From Candidatus Doudnabacteria bacterium (GTDB lineage: Bacteria; Patescibacteriota; Doudnabacteria; UBA920; O2-02-FULL-48-8): DNA of 58,560 nt. Under the pieces are notes generated by a model that did no database searches, was not told the DNA's origin, and saw only the letters and a list, made by a program, of their open reading frames with translations. Below, piece after piece: positions 17,126 through 25,834 of this stretch; the stretch's first letter is position 1, and each line of letters begins with the position of its first letter. The position numbers and the translations under genes were made by a program. Location of the stretch: positions 1 to 58,560 of the forward strand of contig JACPFQ010000003.1 in assembly GCA_016182875.1 (NCBI GenBank). The letters run 5' to 3'.

Positions 17126-18307
17126 CTAGGGCCGCATTTTTTTATTTTTCAAATATTTTTTGCCCTTGAGTTTTTCGGGAAGCAAATCTTCTTTCGGATA
17201 GAGTTCGTATCCTTTATGATATCCAAGCTCTTTCATCAGCTTGGTTGGAGCGTTTCTTATCATTAGGGGAATCGGAAGATTGCCAAGCTCTCTAACGTCA
17301 TCCACAGCTTCGAAGTAGGCGTTGTACGAATCGCGGCTCTTGGGGGCTAAGGCCAAGTACACCGTACCATGTGCGAGGTTAATCGCGCACTCCGGATAGC
17401 CGATGGTTTCGCAGGCGCGGAAGACCTCATTGGCAATCATGAGTGATGTGGGGTCGGCAAGCCCAACGTCTTCTGAGGCGAACACGACCATGCGGCGCGC
17501 GATGAATTTGGGGTCTTCGCCCGCTTCGACCATTCGCGCCAAATAATACAAGGCCGCGTCCGGCTGGCCGGCGCGCATGGATTTGATGAAGGCGCTTATG
17601 GTATTGTAGTGCTCTTCGGCTTTTTTGTCATAGCGCAGATGCTTGCTCTGCAGAGTGTTTTTAAGATTCTCAAGCGTAATCTCTTTGTAAAATTTAGCGG
17701 TGTTTTCTATCATGGTAATCGCCTGTCTGGCATCGCCGTTGGCCATCGCAACCAGCCACTCGCCAGCCTCTTGGGAAAGCTTGAACCCGGTCCGGGCGAT
17801 AATTTTGTTCATTTCCTCGGCTGTCAGCTCATTGAGTACGAATACGCGGCAGCGCGAAAGCAAAGCCGGAATCACTTCGAAGCTTGGATTTTCGGTAGTC
17901 GCGCCAATCAAGGTCAGCTTCCCGGACTCGACGGACGGAAGCAGATAATCCTGCTGAGCTTTGTTGAATCTATGAATCTCGTCAAGAAACAAAACTTGCG
18001 GCTTTTGATTTAACAGGTCGGGCTTTCTCTCCACGATCTTTTTAATGTCGTCTTTGCCCGCGGAAACCGCGGAAAGTTCATGGTAATCGGCCCCAAGCGC
18101 TTTGGCATAAATCCGGGCCAGGGTCGTTTTGCCCACTCCGGGAGGCCCCCAGAAAATAAAAGAAAACAGGTGCCGCTGCTCAATCGCAATCCTAAGCGGT
18201 TTGTTGCTGCCGACCAGATGTTCCTGGCCGATGAACTCGTCCAAATTTTTGGGCCTGATTTTTGAGGCTAAGGGCTCCATAGGATTAGTAAAAAAATAAA
18301 CGGCCAT
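17126..18307 (-). CDS. rarA: Replication-associated recombination protein A (AAA+ ATPase)
   Basis: Walker A GPPGVGKTTLA, LFLDEIHRFNK, MgsA C-terminal region YDKKAEEHYNTISAFIKSMRAGQPDAALYYL. An alternative start MEPLASK lies at 18280. Confidence 0.9.
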   Translation of the reverse strand: MAVYFFTNPMEPLASKIRPKNLDEFIGQEHLVGSNKPLRIAIEQRHLFSFIFWGPPGVGKTTLARIYAKALGADYHELSAVSAGKDDIKKIVERKPDLLNQKPQVLFLDEIHRFNKAQQDYLLPSVESGKLTLIGATTENPSFEVIPALLSRCRVFVLNELTAEEMNKIIARTGFKLSQEAGEWLVAMANGDARQAITMIENTAKFYKEITLENLKNTLQSKHLRYDKKAEEHYNTISAFIKSMRAGQPDAALYYLARMVEAGEDPKFIARRMVVFASEDVGLADPTSLMIANEVFRACETIGYPECAINLAHGTVYLALAPKSRDSYNAYFEAVDDVRELGNLPIPLMIRNAPTKLMKELGYHKGYELYPKEDLLPEKLKGKKYLKNKKMRP

Positions 18308-18321
18308 CGCCGCTTAAACTT

Positions 18322-18349
18322 ATTGTAACACAGTTCTAACCACCGTCAA
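18322..18349 (-). promoter_or_regulatory. Candidate rarA promoter
   Basis: Minus strand TTGACG (18349-18344), 16-nt spacer, TACAAT (18327-18322), about 14 nt before the ATG. Confidence 0.45.
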
Positions 18350-18350
18350 G

Positions 18351-18387
18351 CCCTCAACGTCTTTTAGACGATCGTTAATTTTACGTT
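18351..18387 (-). promoter_or_regulatory. Operator-like motif copy 2 (ACGTAAAATTAACGATCGTCTAAAAGACGTTGAGGG)
   Basis: Shares about 35 nt with 18927-18962 and 30041-30076. Palindromic core ACGATCGT at 18368-18375. Confidence 0.4.
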
Positions 18388-18397
18388 AATAGATTCA

Positions 18398-18919
18398 TTA
18401 GTCATGAAGCACACGACCTTCAAGAACGCTAACGTTGAATTCAACATCCAACTCATGCAAAATTTGTTTGAACTCTGCCAATAACTTAAATCGACCGATA
18501 AATACGCTTTTTTGCAACTGGGTAAAATTGTTCTCTTTCAAAAACCGCCGCAGAAAATTTCTAGCCTTTCTTTTTTCCTCGGGAATGTCAAAAATTACAA
18601 TCGTCGCTAAACCATCGGTCCGTGCGGTCTTAGTTTTCTTTTTATACGTCCAAACCAATGCCCTTGCCTTCCCCAGATCAGTAAGCTCGTATTTGATTTG
18701 CTCACGGTATTTCTTCATGCGGATAAGCCGTTGTTTCTTTAGATCCTCTGCAGCGCGTCTAATCTTTAATAGTGTTATCTGCTTTTTAGGATAGTGGCTG
18801 GCGACGTAGCCTCGGGTATCAGTAAAAATATCCACAAGCCCCAGAGGCATCCTTAATAAAACCAGAAGGATCTCTTTAGTTAGCTCAAACGCTTGCTTTT
18901 GTAATTTTCTCTTAGTCAT
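18398..18919 (-). CDS. PaaX-like regulator: winged-helix N-terminus fused to a Cas2-fold C-terminal domain
   Basis: ATG start at 18919 (MTKRKLQ). The C-terminus LATIVIFDIPEEKRKARNFLRRFLKENNFTQLQKSVFIGRF matches the Cas2/PaaX_C ferredoxin-like pattern. There is no CRISPR context. Confidence 0.65.
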   Translation of the reverse strand: MTKRKLQKQAFELTKEILLVLLRMPLGLVDIFTDTRGYVASHYPKKQITLLKIRRAAEDLKKQRLIRMKKYREQIKYELTDLGKARALVWTYKKKTKTARTDGLATIVIFDIPEEKRKARNFLRRFLKENNFTQLQKSVFIGRFKLLAEFKQILHELDVEFNVSVLEGRVLHD

Positions 18920-18926
18920 AAATAAC

Positions 18927-18962
18927 CTTAACACCTTTTGGACGATCGTCAATTTTACGTTT
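18927..18962 (-). promoter_or_regulatory. Operator-like motif copy 1 upstream of the PaaX-like gene
   Basis: Minus strand ACGTAAAATTGACGATCGTCCAAAAGGTGTTAAGG ends 8 nt before the ATG. Perfect 10-bp palindrome GACGATCGTC at 18941-18950. Contains TTGACG. Confidence 0.45.
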
Positions 18963-18972
18963 AGATTTGTGT

Positions 18973-19001
18973 TTGCGAGTTCCGAAAAATTATAGCATAA
19001 T
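18973..19001 (+). promoter_or_regulatory. Candidate promoter of GC-rich island 3
   Basis: TTGCGA (18973-18978), 17-nt spacer, CATAAT (18996-19001). GGAGGAG at 19014-19020 precedes the ATG at 19027. Confidence 0.4.
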
Positions 19002-19026
19002 CATACAAGGAACGGAGGAGCATGCA

Positions 19027-19401
19027 ATGGATTGGCAACTGCTGCACTTGACATTGGTGATGTCTGCAATGGTATTTGCGATGCGGGCGTTCACCAATCG
19101 TTGGTGGTCGCACGCATTGGCACTCTCGATAAGCATGCTGCTTTTCTTAAGCGGCATCAACTTGACCATTCTGGCCTTCATTCAAGCTCAGGAGAACATC
19201 ACGTTGTTACTGCAATACTTTCCTGAGCTTTCGGTGGGACGAGCTGAACGCCTGACCGTACTTTATGAAATCGTTGGGCGTCTCTGGCCGCTGAACCTGC
19301 CGCTTGCGGCTTATGCACTGGCGGAAGCCTGCCTATGGCTTATCGCCGTGTATAAGAAGTTCCGCAGCCGCACCCTCGTGCTAATCGTCATCCATCACTA
19401 G
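19027..19401 (+). CDS. Small integral membrane protein of unknown function (GC-rich island 3)
   Basis: 124 aa counted from the MDWQLLHLTLVMSAMVFAMRAF start, with 3-4 hydrophobic segments. Canonical SD at about 8 nt. Antisense to the neighbouring genes. Confidence 0.55.
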   Translation: MDWQLLHLTLVMSAMVFAMRAFTNRWWSHALALSISMLLFLSGINLTILAFIQAQENITLLLQYFPELSVGRAERLTVLYEIVGRLWPLNLPLAAYALAEACLWLIAVYKKFRSRTLVLIVIHH

Positions 19402-19427
19402 CCGGCCCCTCGGGTCGGCATTTTTTT
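19401..19427 (+). terminator. Rho-independent terminator
   Basis: GCCGGCCC-CTC-GGGTCGGC stem-loop followed by A and seven T. It overlaps the stop codon of the convergent 573-aa gene. Confidence 0.65.
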
Positions 19428-21147
19428 ACAAAATTGTGTCACCGGAAGCGTAGCTATCGACTTCGGCTTGAGGCAAAACTGTTGCTCTTGGATAACCTAA
19501 GCGCTTGTAGGCGGCGGCTGTCAGCATACGCTTTAAACCATTTTCCATTTTGTAAATCGCGGTCGATTGGTCGCCCTTAATGACCGTGCCATCGCGGGGC
19601 GGAAACGGCGTGCCAGTGGGAATCTGATTAAACTCGTCCTGGCCAATGCTGACGCGCGGGAAATTGCCGACTCCGCGCTGTTTGAACACGAATGCCGAAA
19701 CAAATCTTTTCTGCCCGTCTTTAAACCAATAAATGCCGGTATCACCCTTAAGGTTAATCGAAACCGAGTCAGGAGGATAAACAAACGGTCCAGACGGAAT
19801 TCCGGATACTTCCGCATCGGTCAATTTCATGAGTTTGCCAAAGGAATATTTGCGCGCCACGAACACTTCATAGGTTATGGGCCGCCTAAGCCCGCTCTCC
19901 ATAAGATATACGGTCTTATCCAGTTCTCCCGTAATCAAGCTCCCGTCCAACGGCGGCAGGATAGAGCCGGACTCGTAAGAATCGACTTCAGCCTGGGGAA
20001 GAGTTACCACGTTGGCAAAAGAAAGTTTGCGCTGTACGAAGACAGGATATGAGATGATGTGCTTTTTGGTATCGAGGATAAGATGAACTGCGGCAGAAAC
20101 ATCACCCTTTATCAAAGTCTGGTCAAGGGGCGGCATAGGCTTATCAGTCAGGTAAGTGTCAAACTCGGTTTGTGAGACCGTGACTATGTTTAAAGAATTG
20201 ATTTTACGCTGCTGGGCGACGAAAGCCGAAAATAAGCGTTTGCTGCCGTTGTCGATGACGTAAGTCGCCGTATCCCCAACTTTTTGGATTACGGTCCCAT
20301 TGGGATAGCGAAACCAGGTCGTATAAAATTTCCAAAAATTATAATTGCCATTGAAGACATGGGGCGTGTAGCGGTACAAGGCCGCGGTGGCAAAATTGCC
20401 AAACGTCACCGTCTGAGTGGGAGCAACTCCGCTAAAGCCTCCATTGGTATTATCTATAACTGCTGAGTCGCCTTTGCGCGTCGTGCGCACCACGGGTCGC
20501 CCGAAGACCTGATTGTTGCCGTCCACCATCGGCCCGCGGCCGACTCTGACGCCGGAAATTTCATAGCGAAACGACTTCATTAGTGAAGCCGCGGCTCCCA
20601 GCCAACGGCTGCCGGATGAGTCGAAAGTCCCGAACAACTGCCGGTAAAAACCAAGAAAAATATCGCCGCAGCCTTCGTAATCCGGACAGCCGAATCCCAC
20701 CGCGCGGTCCAAGGCGCGCTGAAGGCTGTCATCAGACGTGAAGCTGCCGTTTATCAGGCTTTGCTCTTTTTGGAGCATCACCAAAAGAACCTGGGGGTTC
20801 AAGCCTTTGCTTACCGCTGAGTCATAAATCAATTCGGCAGCGGTCCGCAGCCGGCCCAAATTAGGCTGCAGATCCTCCAGCCCAACCTTGGTCAGGGTGT
20901 CGGGCTCTCGAAGCTTCATCAAAAAATCCGGACTGGTGTTCGCCAGGACCGAGGAGCGCTGTTCCAGAAACTTTTGTATGTTTGCGGCCGTGCCAAACGT
21001 GCCAACATCAGCAAAAGCCTCATCGGGAATTAAAAGGTTTGGATTAAACGCTGGGTCAACTGGCTGTTGGGCAAAGACAAAAGACGGCAGTACGAGTGCC
21101 GAAATTAAAAATAACCAGCAAAAATTCCAAAATTTTGACTTTTGCAT
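19426..21147 (-). CDS. Secreted protein with five roughly 60-aa repeats shared with the adjacent S8 protease
   Basis: 573 aa. Signal peptide MQKSKFWNFCWLFLISALVLPSFVFAQ. Repeats follow the pattern PPLDG(S/T)LI.G....VY....G.(K/R)R.I....F.....F..V..L...E. Confidence 0.8.
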   Translation of the reverse strand: MQKSKFWNFCWLFLISALVLPSFVFAQQPVDPAFNPNLLIPDEAFADVGTFGTAANIQKFLEQRSSVLANTSPDFLMKLREPDTLTKVGLEDLQPNLGRLRTAAELIYDSAVSKGLNPQVLLVMLQKEQSLINGSFTSDDSLQRALDRAVGFGCPDYEGCGDIFLGFYRQLFGTFDSSGSRWLGAAASLMKSFRYEISGVRVGRGPMVDGNNQVFGRPVVRTTRKGDSAVIDNTNGGFSGVAPTQTVTFGNFATAALYRYTPHVFNGNYNFWKFYTTWFRYPNGTVIQKVGDTATYVIDNGSKRLFSAFVAQQRKINSLNIVTVSQTEFDTYLTDKPMPPLDQTLIKGDVSAAVHLILDTKKHIISYPVFVQRKLSFANVVTLPQAEVDSYESGSILPPLDGSLITGELDKTVYLMESGLRRPITYEVFVARKYSFGKLMKLTDAEVSGIPSGPFVYPPDSVSINLKGDTGIYWFKDGQKRFVSAFVFKQRGVGNFPRVSIGQDEFNQIPTGTPFPPRDGTVIKGDQSTAIYKMENGLKRMLTAAAYKRLGYPRATVLPQAEVDSYASGDTIL

Positions 21148-21161
21148 TTTGAATTCTAAAT

Positions 21162-23096
21162 TTATAGTATCGGTCCTCCCGGAGCAACGACATCCATTTC
21201 AGCCTGAGGTAAAGTCTTGATACTAGAAAACTTATACCCCCGGCTAATAAAGGCCTGGTATGAAAGAGCCCGCTTGGTTTCATTCTCTATAACATATACC
21301 GTGCTGTCGGAAACCGATTTGACCAAGGTGCCTTCAAGCGGCGAGAGCCAATAAGAATCTGGGGCCTGCGGGATGTGGGAAAATTCATCCACAGTCACTT
21401 TGACGACCTTGGCAAAGGAAAGTTTCCGCTGAATGAAGACGAAGTAGGTCACCGGCCTCCGAACTTCGCGGTGCATGACGTAAGCAACCTCAGAATCAGT
21501 AAGGGTGATGACGCTGCTGAAGCTGAAACTGCGCGAGGTAAAAACCAGGTAGGTTAGAGGCCGCCGCAGTTCCTGATGAATCACGTAAACCGTAGCGTCT
21601 GACTGGCTTTTTATCAGCGTCCCTTCCAGGGGAGGCAAGGGGTCGCCTAAGGGAATTGCAGCAAGCTGGCCGCTGACTTCGTTTGTGACTGAGGAGGAGG
21701 CAAAACCTCTCTGATTGAATACGAAACCGCTCACCAGGCGCCTTATACCGCCGGTAATGAGGTAAATATCGCCTGTACTGCTGCGAACCAGGCTGCCTTC
21801 AGAAATCACCTGCGGGGCCATGGCTTTATAAGCATTGATCCGTCCTTTGCCCAAAAATCCATTGCAGGAAGAATTCAAGCAATTATTCTGATTTAAGGCG
21901 TCGATGTTGTCAGTGGAAGCGAGAAGAACGCTGCGGAGGTTGAGGTTGGTAAATTCCGGATGGGCGGATTTAATCAAAGCCGCCACCCCGCTTACGACCG
22001 GGGTGGCCAGGGACGTACCCGAACCGTAGATTAAAACGTTATCGCTGGGGTCGGAAGGCAGGAAAGCCGTGGTCAAGATTTTCTTTCCGGGAGCGGAAAT
22101 ATCGATGCAGTTAATCCCGAAATTGGAGAAGGAGGCTTTTTTGTCGGTCACGTCCGTGGCCGCCACCCCCAAGACCATATTTGCTCCGTTATCCGAACAC
22201 ACGGGATAAACCGGCGCGGTGTCCAAATTCTGTCCGGAAGCGGCCAGGTCATTGCCGGCGGCAGAGACAATCAAAACGCCTTTGTTGAAAGCATAAGTAA
22301 TGGCATTGTTGAGAGTCTGGTCAGCGCCGAACCCCGGACCGCCTAAACTTAAGTTGATGATATGAGCGCCGTGGTCGGCCGCCCAAACAATTCCCGAAGC
22401 AACCGCAGAAATGCTTCCGGTGCCGTCGCTGCTCAAAGCCTTAATCGGCATGATCTTGACATTCTTGTTGACTCCGGCAATCCCTTTGCCGTTGTCGGAA
22501 ATCGCTCCGATGATTCCGGCAACCGCCGTGCCATGCCCGTTGTCATCGGAATTGGTTTGAGCGGGAATAACCTGGTTGGTAACCGTGTTGTAGCCTTCGG
22601 CAATCCGCCCGTCGTTGAGTTCCAGGTGCGTGGCGTGAATGCCGGTGTCGATAATCGCCACGGTTGTGGTGCCACTCCCCTGTCCGAATTCCCAAGCCTG
22701 CGGAATTTTGATTTTGGGCAAATACCACTGCCGGTCTTCCTGCAGCTCGTCTAGGGTAAACAACGGGTCATTGCGGTTGATAAGAGCGGCTGAAACCGCT
22801 GCGTCAAATTCCACATAAGCGATCCTGGGGTCGAGCTTTATTGCTTGAAAAGACGGAGCATCGATATAAGCTTTGTAGGTCTGCCGAAGCGGGCCGCGGG
22901 CTTCATAAATCAGATGCGCATCTTTGAGCTCATAGTCGCTCTTAAGCCCCTGGACGGACGCTGCCTCATTTACGGCAAAAATCACTTCAAAGCTATCGAC
23001 TTCCGCCTTCGCCTGAAAATTTAATGACAATAAAAAAATCGGCAGGAGAAGGCCTGAGGATAGTTTTCGATAAATTTTATGTCGTGTTGTCGACAA
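21162..23096 (-). CDS. Subtilisin-like serine protease (S8) with C-terminal repeat modules
   Basis: 644 aa with an apparent TTG start. Triad motifs VAIIDTGI (Asp), GHGTAVAGII (His), GTSLATPVVSG (Ser). The C-terminus has about four copies of the repeat found in 19426..21147. Confidence 0.9.
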   Translation of the reverse strand: MSTTRHKIYRKLSSGLLLPIFLLSLNFQAKAEVDSFEVIFAVNEAASVQGLKSDYELKDAHLIYEARGPLRQTYKAYIDAPSFQAIKLDPRIAYVEFDAAVSAALINRNDPLFTLDELQEDRQWYLPKIKIPQAWEFGQGSGTTTVAIIDTGIHATHLELNDGRIAEGYNTVTNQVIPAQTNSDDNGHGTAVAGIIGAISDNGKGIAGVNKNVKIMPIKALSSDGTGSISAVASGIVWAADHGAHIINLSLGGPGFGADQTLNNAITYAFNKGVLIVSAAGNDLAASGQNLDTAPVYPVCSDNGANMVLGVAATDVTDKKASFSNFGINCIDISAPGKKILTTAFLPSDPSDNVLIYGSGTSLATPVVSGVAALIKSAHPEFTNLNLRSVLLASTDNIDALNQNNCLNSSCNGFLGKGRINAYKAMAPQVISEGSLVRSSTGDIYLITGGIRRLVSGFVFNQRGFASSSVTNEVSGQLAAIPLGDPLPPLEGTLIKSQSDATVYVIHQELRRPLTYLVFTSRSFSFSSVITLTDSEVAYVMHREVRRPVTYFVFIQRKLSFAKVVKVTVDEFSHIPQAPDSYWLSPLEGTLVKSVSDSTVYVIENETKRALSYQAFISRGYKFSSIKTLPQAEMDVVAPGGPIL

Positions 23097-23100
23097 TTTG

Positions 23101-23835
23101 CTAGTCTTGGTGATTAAAGGGGCTATACTTTCCCGTCAACGCCCGCCACTTAATTATAAATAAATCACGAAGAGATTCCAAAAAGGCCGTGGGCGGGACC
23201 GTGCTTTCTCCGGGATCATTTCTTATTATCGGAACGGCCTTTATTCTATAACTGAATTTGAGAGCAATTGCAAGCAATTCCATATCGAAGGCCCAGCCGT
23301 GGATGGTGAGGTTTCGGAATATCTGCCGCGCGCTATCGGCCTTAAAAGCCTTGAACCCGGCCTGAGTATCGTGAATATGAGGGACCAGCACTATTTGAAT
23401 GAGGTAGTTGCTGAGCCGGGAGAGCATGGTTCGAAACCAAGGTTGGTGAGATTTGTGAGCCGGGTCCAAGTATCGATCCCCGATAACCACCTCTATCCCC
23501 GCTTCCAATGCTGGCCAAAATTTTTCGATTTCCGAAATAGGGGTGGCGTTGTCCGCATCCATGAACACGATATACTCGCCTACGGCTTCCGAAACTCCGC
23601 GCTGAACCGCGGCACCCTTTCCTTTGCTCCACTCCTCAACGATTCTGGCGTTCTTGACGCTCGAACTTTCCAATTCCTTCACGACCCTGGCCGTGTGATC
23701 CCGGCTGTTATTGTCGACTACGATAATTTCGTAATCATAAGCTTGCCTCTCGAGATACTGGCCGATGTCTTCCAAAGTTTTTCCAATCCGTCTTTCTTCG
23801 TTGAATGCTGGGATAATAACTGAAAGCTTTTTCAT
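23101..23835 (-). CDS. GT2 polyprenyl-phosphate glycosyltransferase (Dpm1/GtrB-like)
   Basis: 244 aa. LSVIIPAFNEE...IIVVDNNSRDHT...VFMDADNATP. Confidence 0.85.
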   Translation of the reverse strand: MKKLSVIIPAFNEERRIGKTLEDIGQYLERQAYDYEIIVVDNNSRDHTARVVKELESSSVKNARIVEEWSKGKGAAVQRGVSEAVGEYIVFMDADNATPISEIEKFWPALEAGIEVVIGDRYLDPAHKSHQPWFRTMLSRLSNYLIQIVLVPHIHDTQAGFKAFKADSARQIFRNLTIHGWAFDMELLAIALKFSYRIKAVPIIRNDPGESTVPPTAFLESLRDLFIIKWRALTGKYSPFNHQD

Positions 23836-23901
23836 TTCGATTAAACGTTTTGTCTCTTAAAAAGTTACTCCGACGCAAGGCCGGAGTTAATTATACCACA
23901 A

Positions 23902-25056
23902 TCACCCTTTCTCTAAAACTTGCGGAGATTTTGCTTCGATATTGTGCAGTTTGCAGTGCCAATTCCAGGCGTGAGCGATGATGGTTGAAAGATCGGAATA
24001 TTTTGGCCTAAATCCTAATTCATGTTTTATCCGGTCGGCGTCGGCCACTAATACCGCCGGATCTCCGGGCCGCCTGGGCGAGGGATCAATCATTACCATT
24101 TTCCCCGTAAGCTCCATGGCCGCATCAACCACCTCTTTCACGGAATGCCCGACTCCGGTTCCCACGTTGTAGGTAAAACATCCGGCTTCCTGTTCCAGTT
24201 TGTTTAAGGCCAGAATATGAGCATCAGCCAAATCCGCGACATGGATATAGTCTCTGACGGCTGTGCCGTCAGCGGTGGGATAATCAGTGCCGAAAATTTT
24301 CAGAACTTCTTCCTGCCGGGAGGCGACTCTAAGAATCCTCGGTATCAAATGCGTTTCGACCGGATGGTTTTCACCCAACTTCCCATCGGGGTCGGCTCCG
24401 GCGGCGTTGAAGTAGCGCAAAATGACCGAGGCAATGCCGTGGCTCTGCTGGTACCAGTTCAAAATCTTTTCAAAGATTAATTTTGTTTCTCCATAAGGAT
24501 TGGTGGGTTGGCAAGGATGCTCTTCCCTAATCGGAACTGTTTGGGGGTTGCCGTATACGGCGGCCGAGGACGAATAAACAAGCTTCTTGACGCCGAACTG
24601 GACCATGCAATTAAGCAGATTCAGGCCGTTGACGACGTTGTTCTGAAAATACTTCGACGGATTAAGGACCGACTCTTCCACAATGATTGAGCCGGCGAAA
24701 TGAAGAACCACCTCTATCTGGTTGCGGCTGAAAATTTCCTTGAGCAGGTTGGTGTCCGCAAGACTTCCGACCACCAGCTTGCCGCCAATGCTTTCCATAG
24801 ATCCGGTGGAAAGGTCATCGATAACGACTACGCTGCTGCCCAGCTTCTGCAAAGCCAAAACGACATGCGACCCGATGTAGCCGGCGCCGCCTGTAACCAA
24901 AATTTTTCCGCTTGAGGAATCAGCCAGGCCGAAATTATCGTATTTTTGGGGATCGAGGATAACCAACCTCGGCCGTTCGTTGTCAAAAACCAAAAACTCT
25001 CCATTATGTTCCTTAAGCAGTTCTTCCAGCTCCTGAAAAGTGGGCATAAATCTCAT
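23902..25056 (-). CDS. galE: UDP-glucose 4-epimerase with a roughly 50-aa N-terminal extension
   Basis: KILVTGGAGYIGSH Rossmann motif, YSSSAAVYG, YGETK. The extension MPTFQELEELLKEHNGEFLVFDNERPRLVILDPQKYDNF precedes the normal GalE start. Confidence 0.9.
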   Translation of the reverse strand: MRFMPTFQELEELLKEHNGEFLVFDNERPRLVILDPQKYDNFGLADSSSGKILVTGGAGYIGSHVVLALQKLGSSVVVIDDLSTGSMESIGGKLVVGSLADTNLLKEIFSRNQIEVVLHFAGSIIVEESVLNPSKYFQNNVVNGLNLLNCMVQFGVKKLVYSSSAAVYGNPQTVPIREEHPCQPTNPYGETKLIFEKILNWYQQSHGIASVILRYFNAAGADPDGKLGENHPVETHLIPRILRVASRQEEVLKIFGTDYPTADGTAVRDYIHVADLADAHILALNKLEQEAGCFTYNVGTGVGHSVKEVVDAAMELTGKMVMIDPSPRRPGDPAVLVADADRIKHELGFRPKYSDLSTIIAHAWNWHCKLHNIEAKSPQVLEKG

Positions 25057-25067
25057 AGAAATGTGAT

Positions 25068-25120
25068 TTTACTCCGACGCTTCGGTCGGAGTTCCGACCC
25101 CCGCCAGGGCGGAGCGTCGG
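25068..25120. repeat. GC-rich hairpin repeats (ACTCCGAC...GTCGGAGT family)
   Basis: ACTCCGACGCTTCGGTCGGAGT and TTCCGACCCCCGCCAGGGCGGAGCGTCGGAA. Related hairpins occur at 23869-23889 and 28371-28430. Confidence 0.65.
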
Positions 25121-25148
25121 AAAAAAATAAAACCGAAAATCCGGTTTT
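25121..25148 (-). terminator. Rho-independent terminator after the surface-protein operon
   Basis: Minus strand AAAACCG-GATTTT-CGGTTTT followed by ATTTTTTT. Confidence 0.55.
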
Positions 25149-25225
25149 GGTTTTGGTTTGACTTTGTGCCTGCCAACTAAATATTAGAAAATAAAAAACA
25201 CAAAATCAACCCCCTGAGTTATCCA

Positions 25226-25834
25226 CTATATTTTTCTTCGGAACTTGTATAACGATACCCCCAAAGTCATGCTTAAAGCCAGCAGGGAACTTAAAGACAT
25301 CGGCAATCCGCTTTTGGGCGAAACATAGGCTGAACGCTGCGCTGTCGCATCATTTTGCTGAGTTTCGCCCGCCACTTGAGGTTCGGCCACTGCCATGGTA
25401 ATTTCATTCCCAAACTTTACGCGCATCGTCAAATCCGAGTCATCGGGCAGATCATGCTTGACCTCTACCGTAACTTTCTTAGTTATGGCTCCTTTTGCGG
25501 GAATATCGAAAGGCGTCCAAATCAGCGACCCGGTTGTTGGGTTGTAATTGGCGCCCTCGGCATCAACTAAGCTGGCTGATTTCTGCACGTCAGAAATGTT
25601 TGCCTCAACCACGAAGCCTTCGAGCGCTTGCTTGTTGGGATTTTCCACGTTGAAGCTGAGAATCAAAGTGTCATTAGGCGAGACTTGATTAGCCTCAGCG
25701 TTTTTAGTCTGATTGAAAACCGAAACAGAATTGATTGCTTGCTGCTCAGGCTCTGTCCGTTTTTCCTGCCACCACCAAATCAACCCCAAAATAATGAGCA
25801 GAACTGCGACAGCGCCAATGGTCCTGTTGGTCAT
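25226..25834 (-). CDS. Small cell-surface protein with an SPKSG sorting-signal-like C-terminus
   Basis: 202 aa. N-terminal TM. C-terminus YVSPKSG plus hydrophobic stretch plus FRRKI. ATGA overlap with the upstream 805-aa gene. Shares a DUF11-like C-terminal domain with the large paralogs. Confidence 0.8.
   Translation of the reverse strand: MTNRTIGAVAVLLIILGLIWWWQEKRTEPEQQAINSVSVFNQTKNAEANQVSPNDTLILSFNVENPNKQALEGFVVEANISDVQKSASLVDAEGANYNPTTGSLIWTPFDIPAKGAITKKVTVEVKHDLPDDSDLTMRVKFGNEITMAVAEPQVAGETQQNDATAQRSAYVSPKSGLPMSLSSLLALSMTLGVSLYKFRRKI

Noticed and set aside
18398-18919. Calling the Cas2-like protein a CRISPR-associated Cas2.
   Set aside because: The Cas2-like ferredoxin fold is fused to an N-terminal winged-helix region, as in PaaX-type regulators. 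There is no array and no cas1 or other cas genes nearby.
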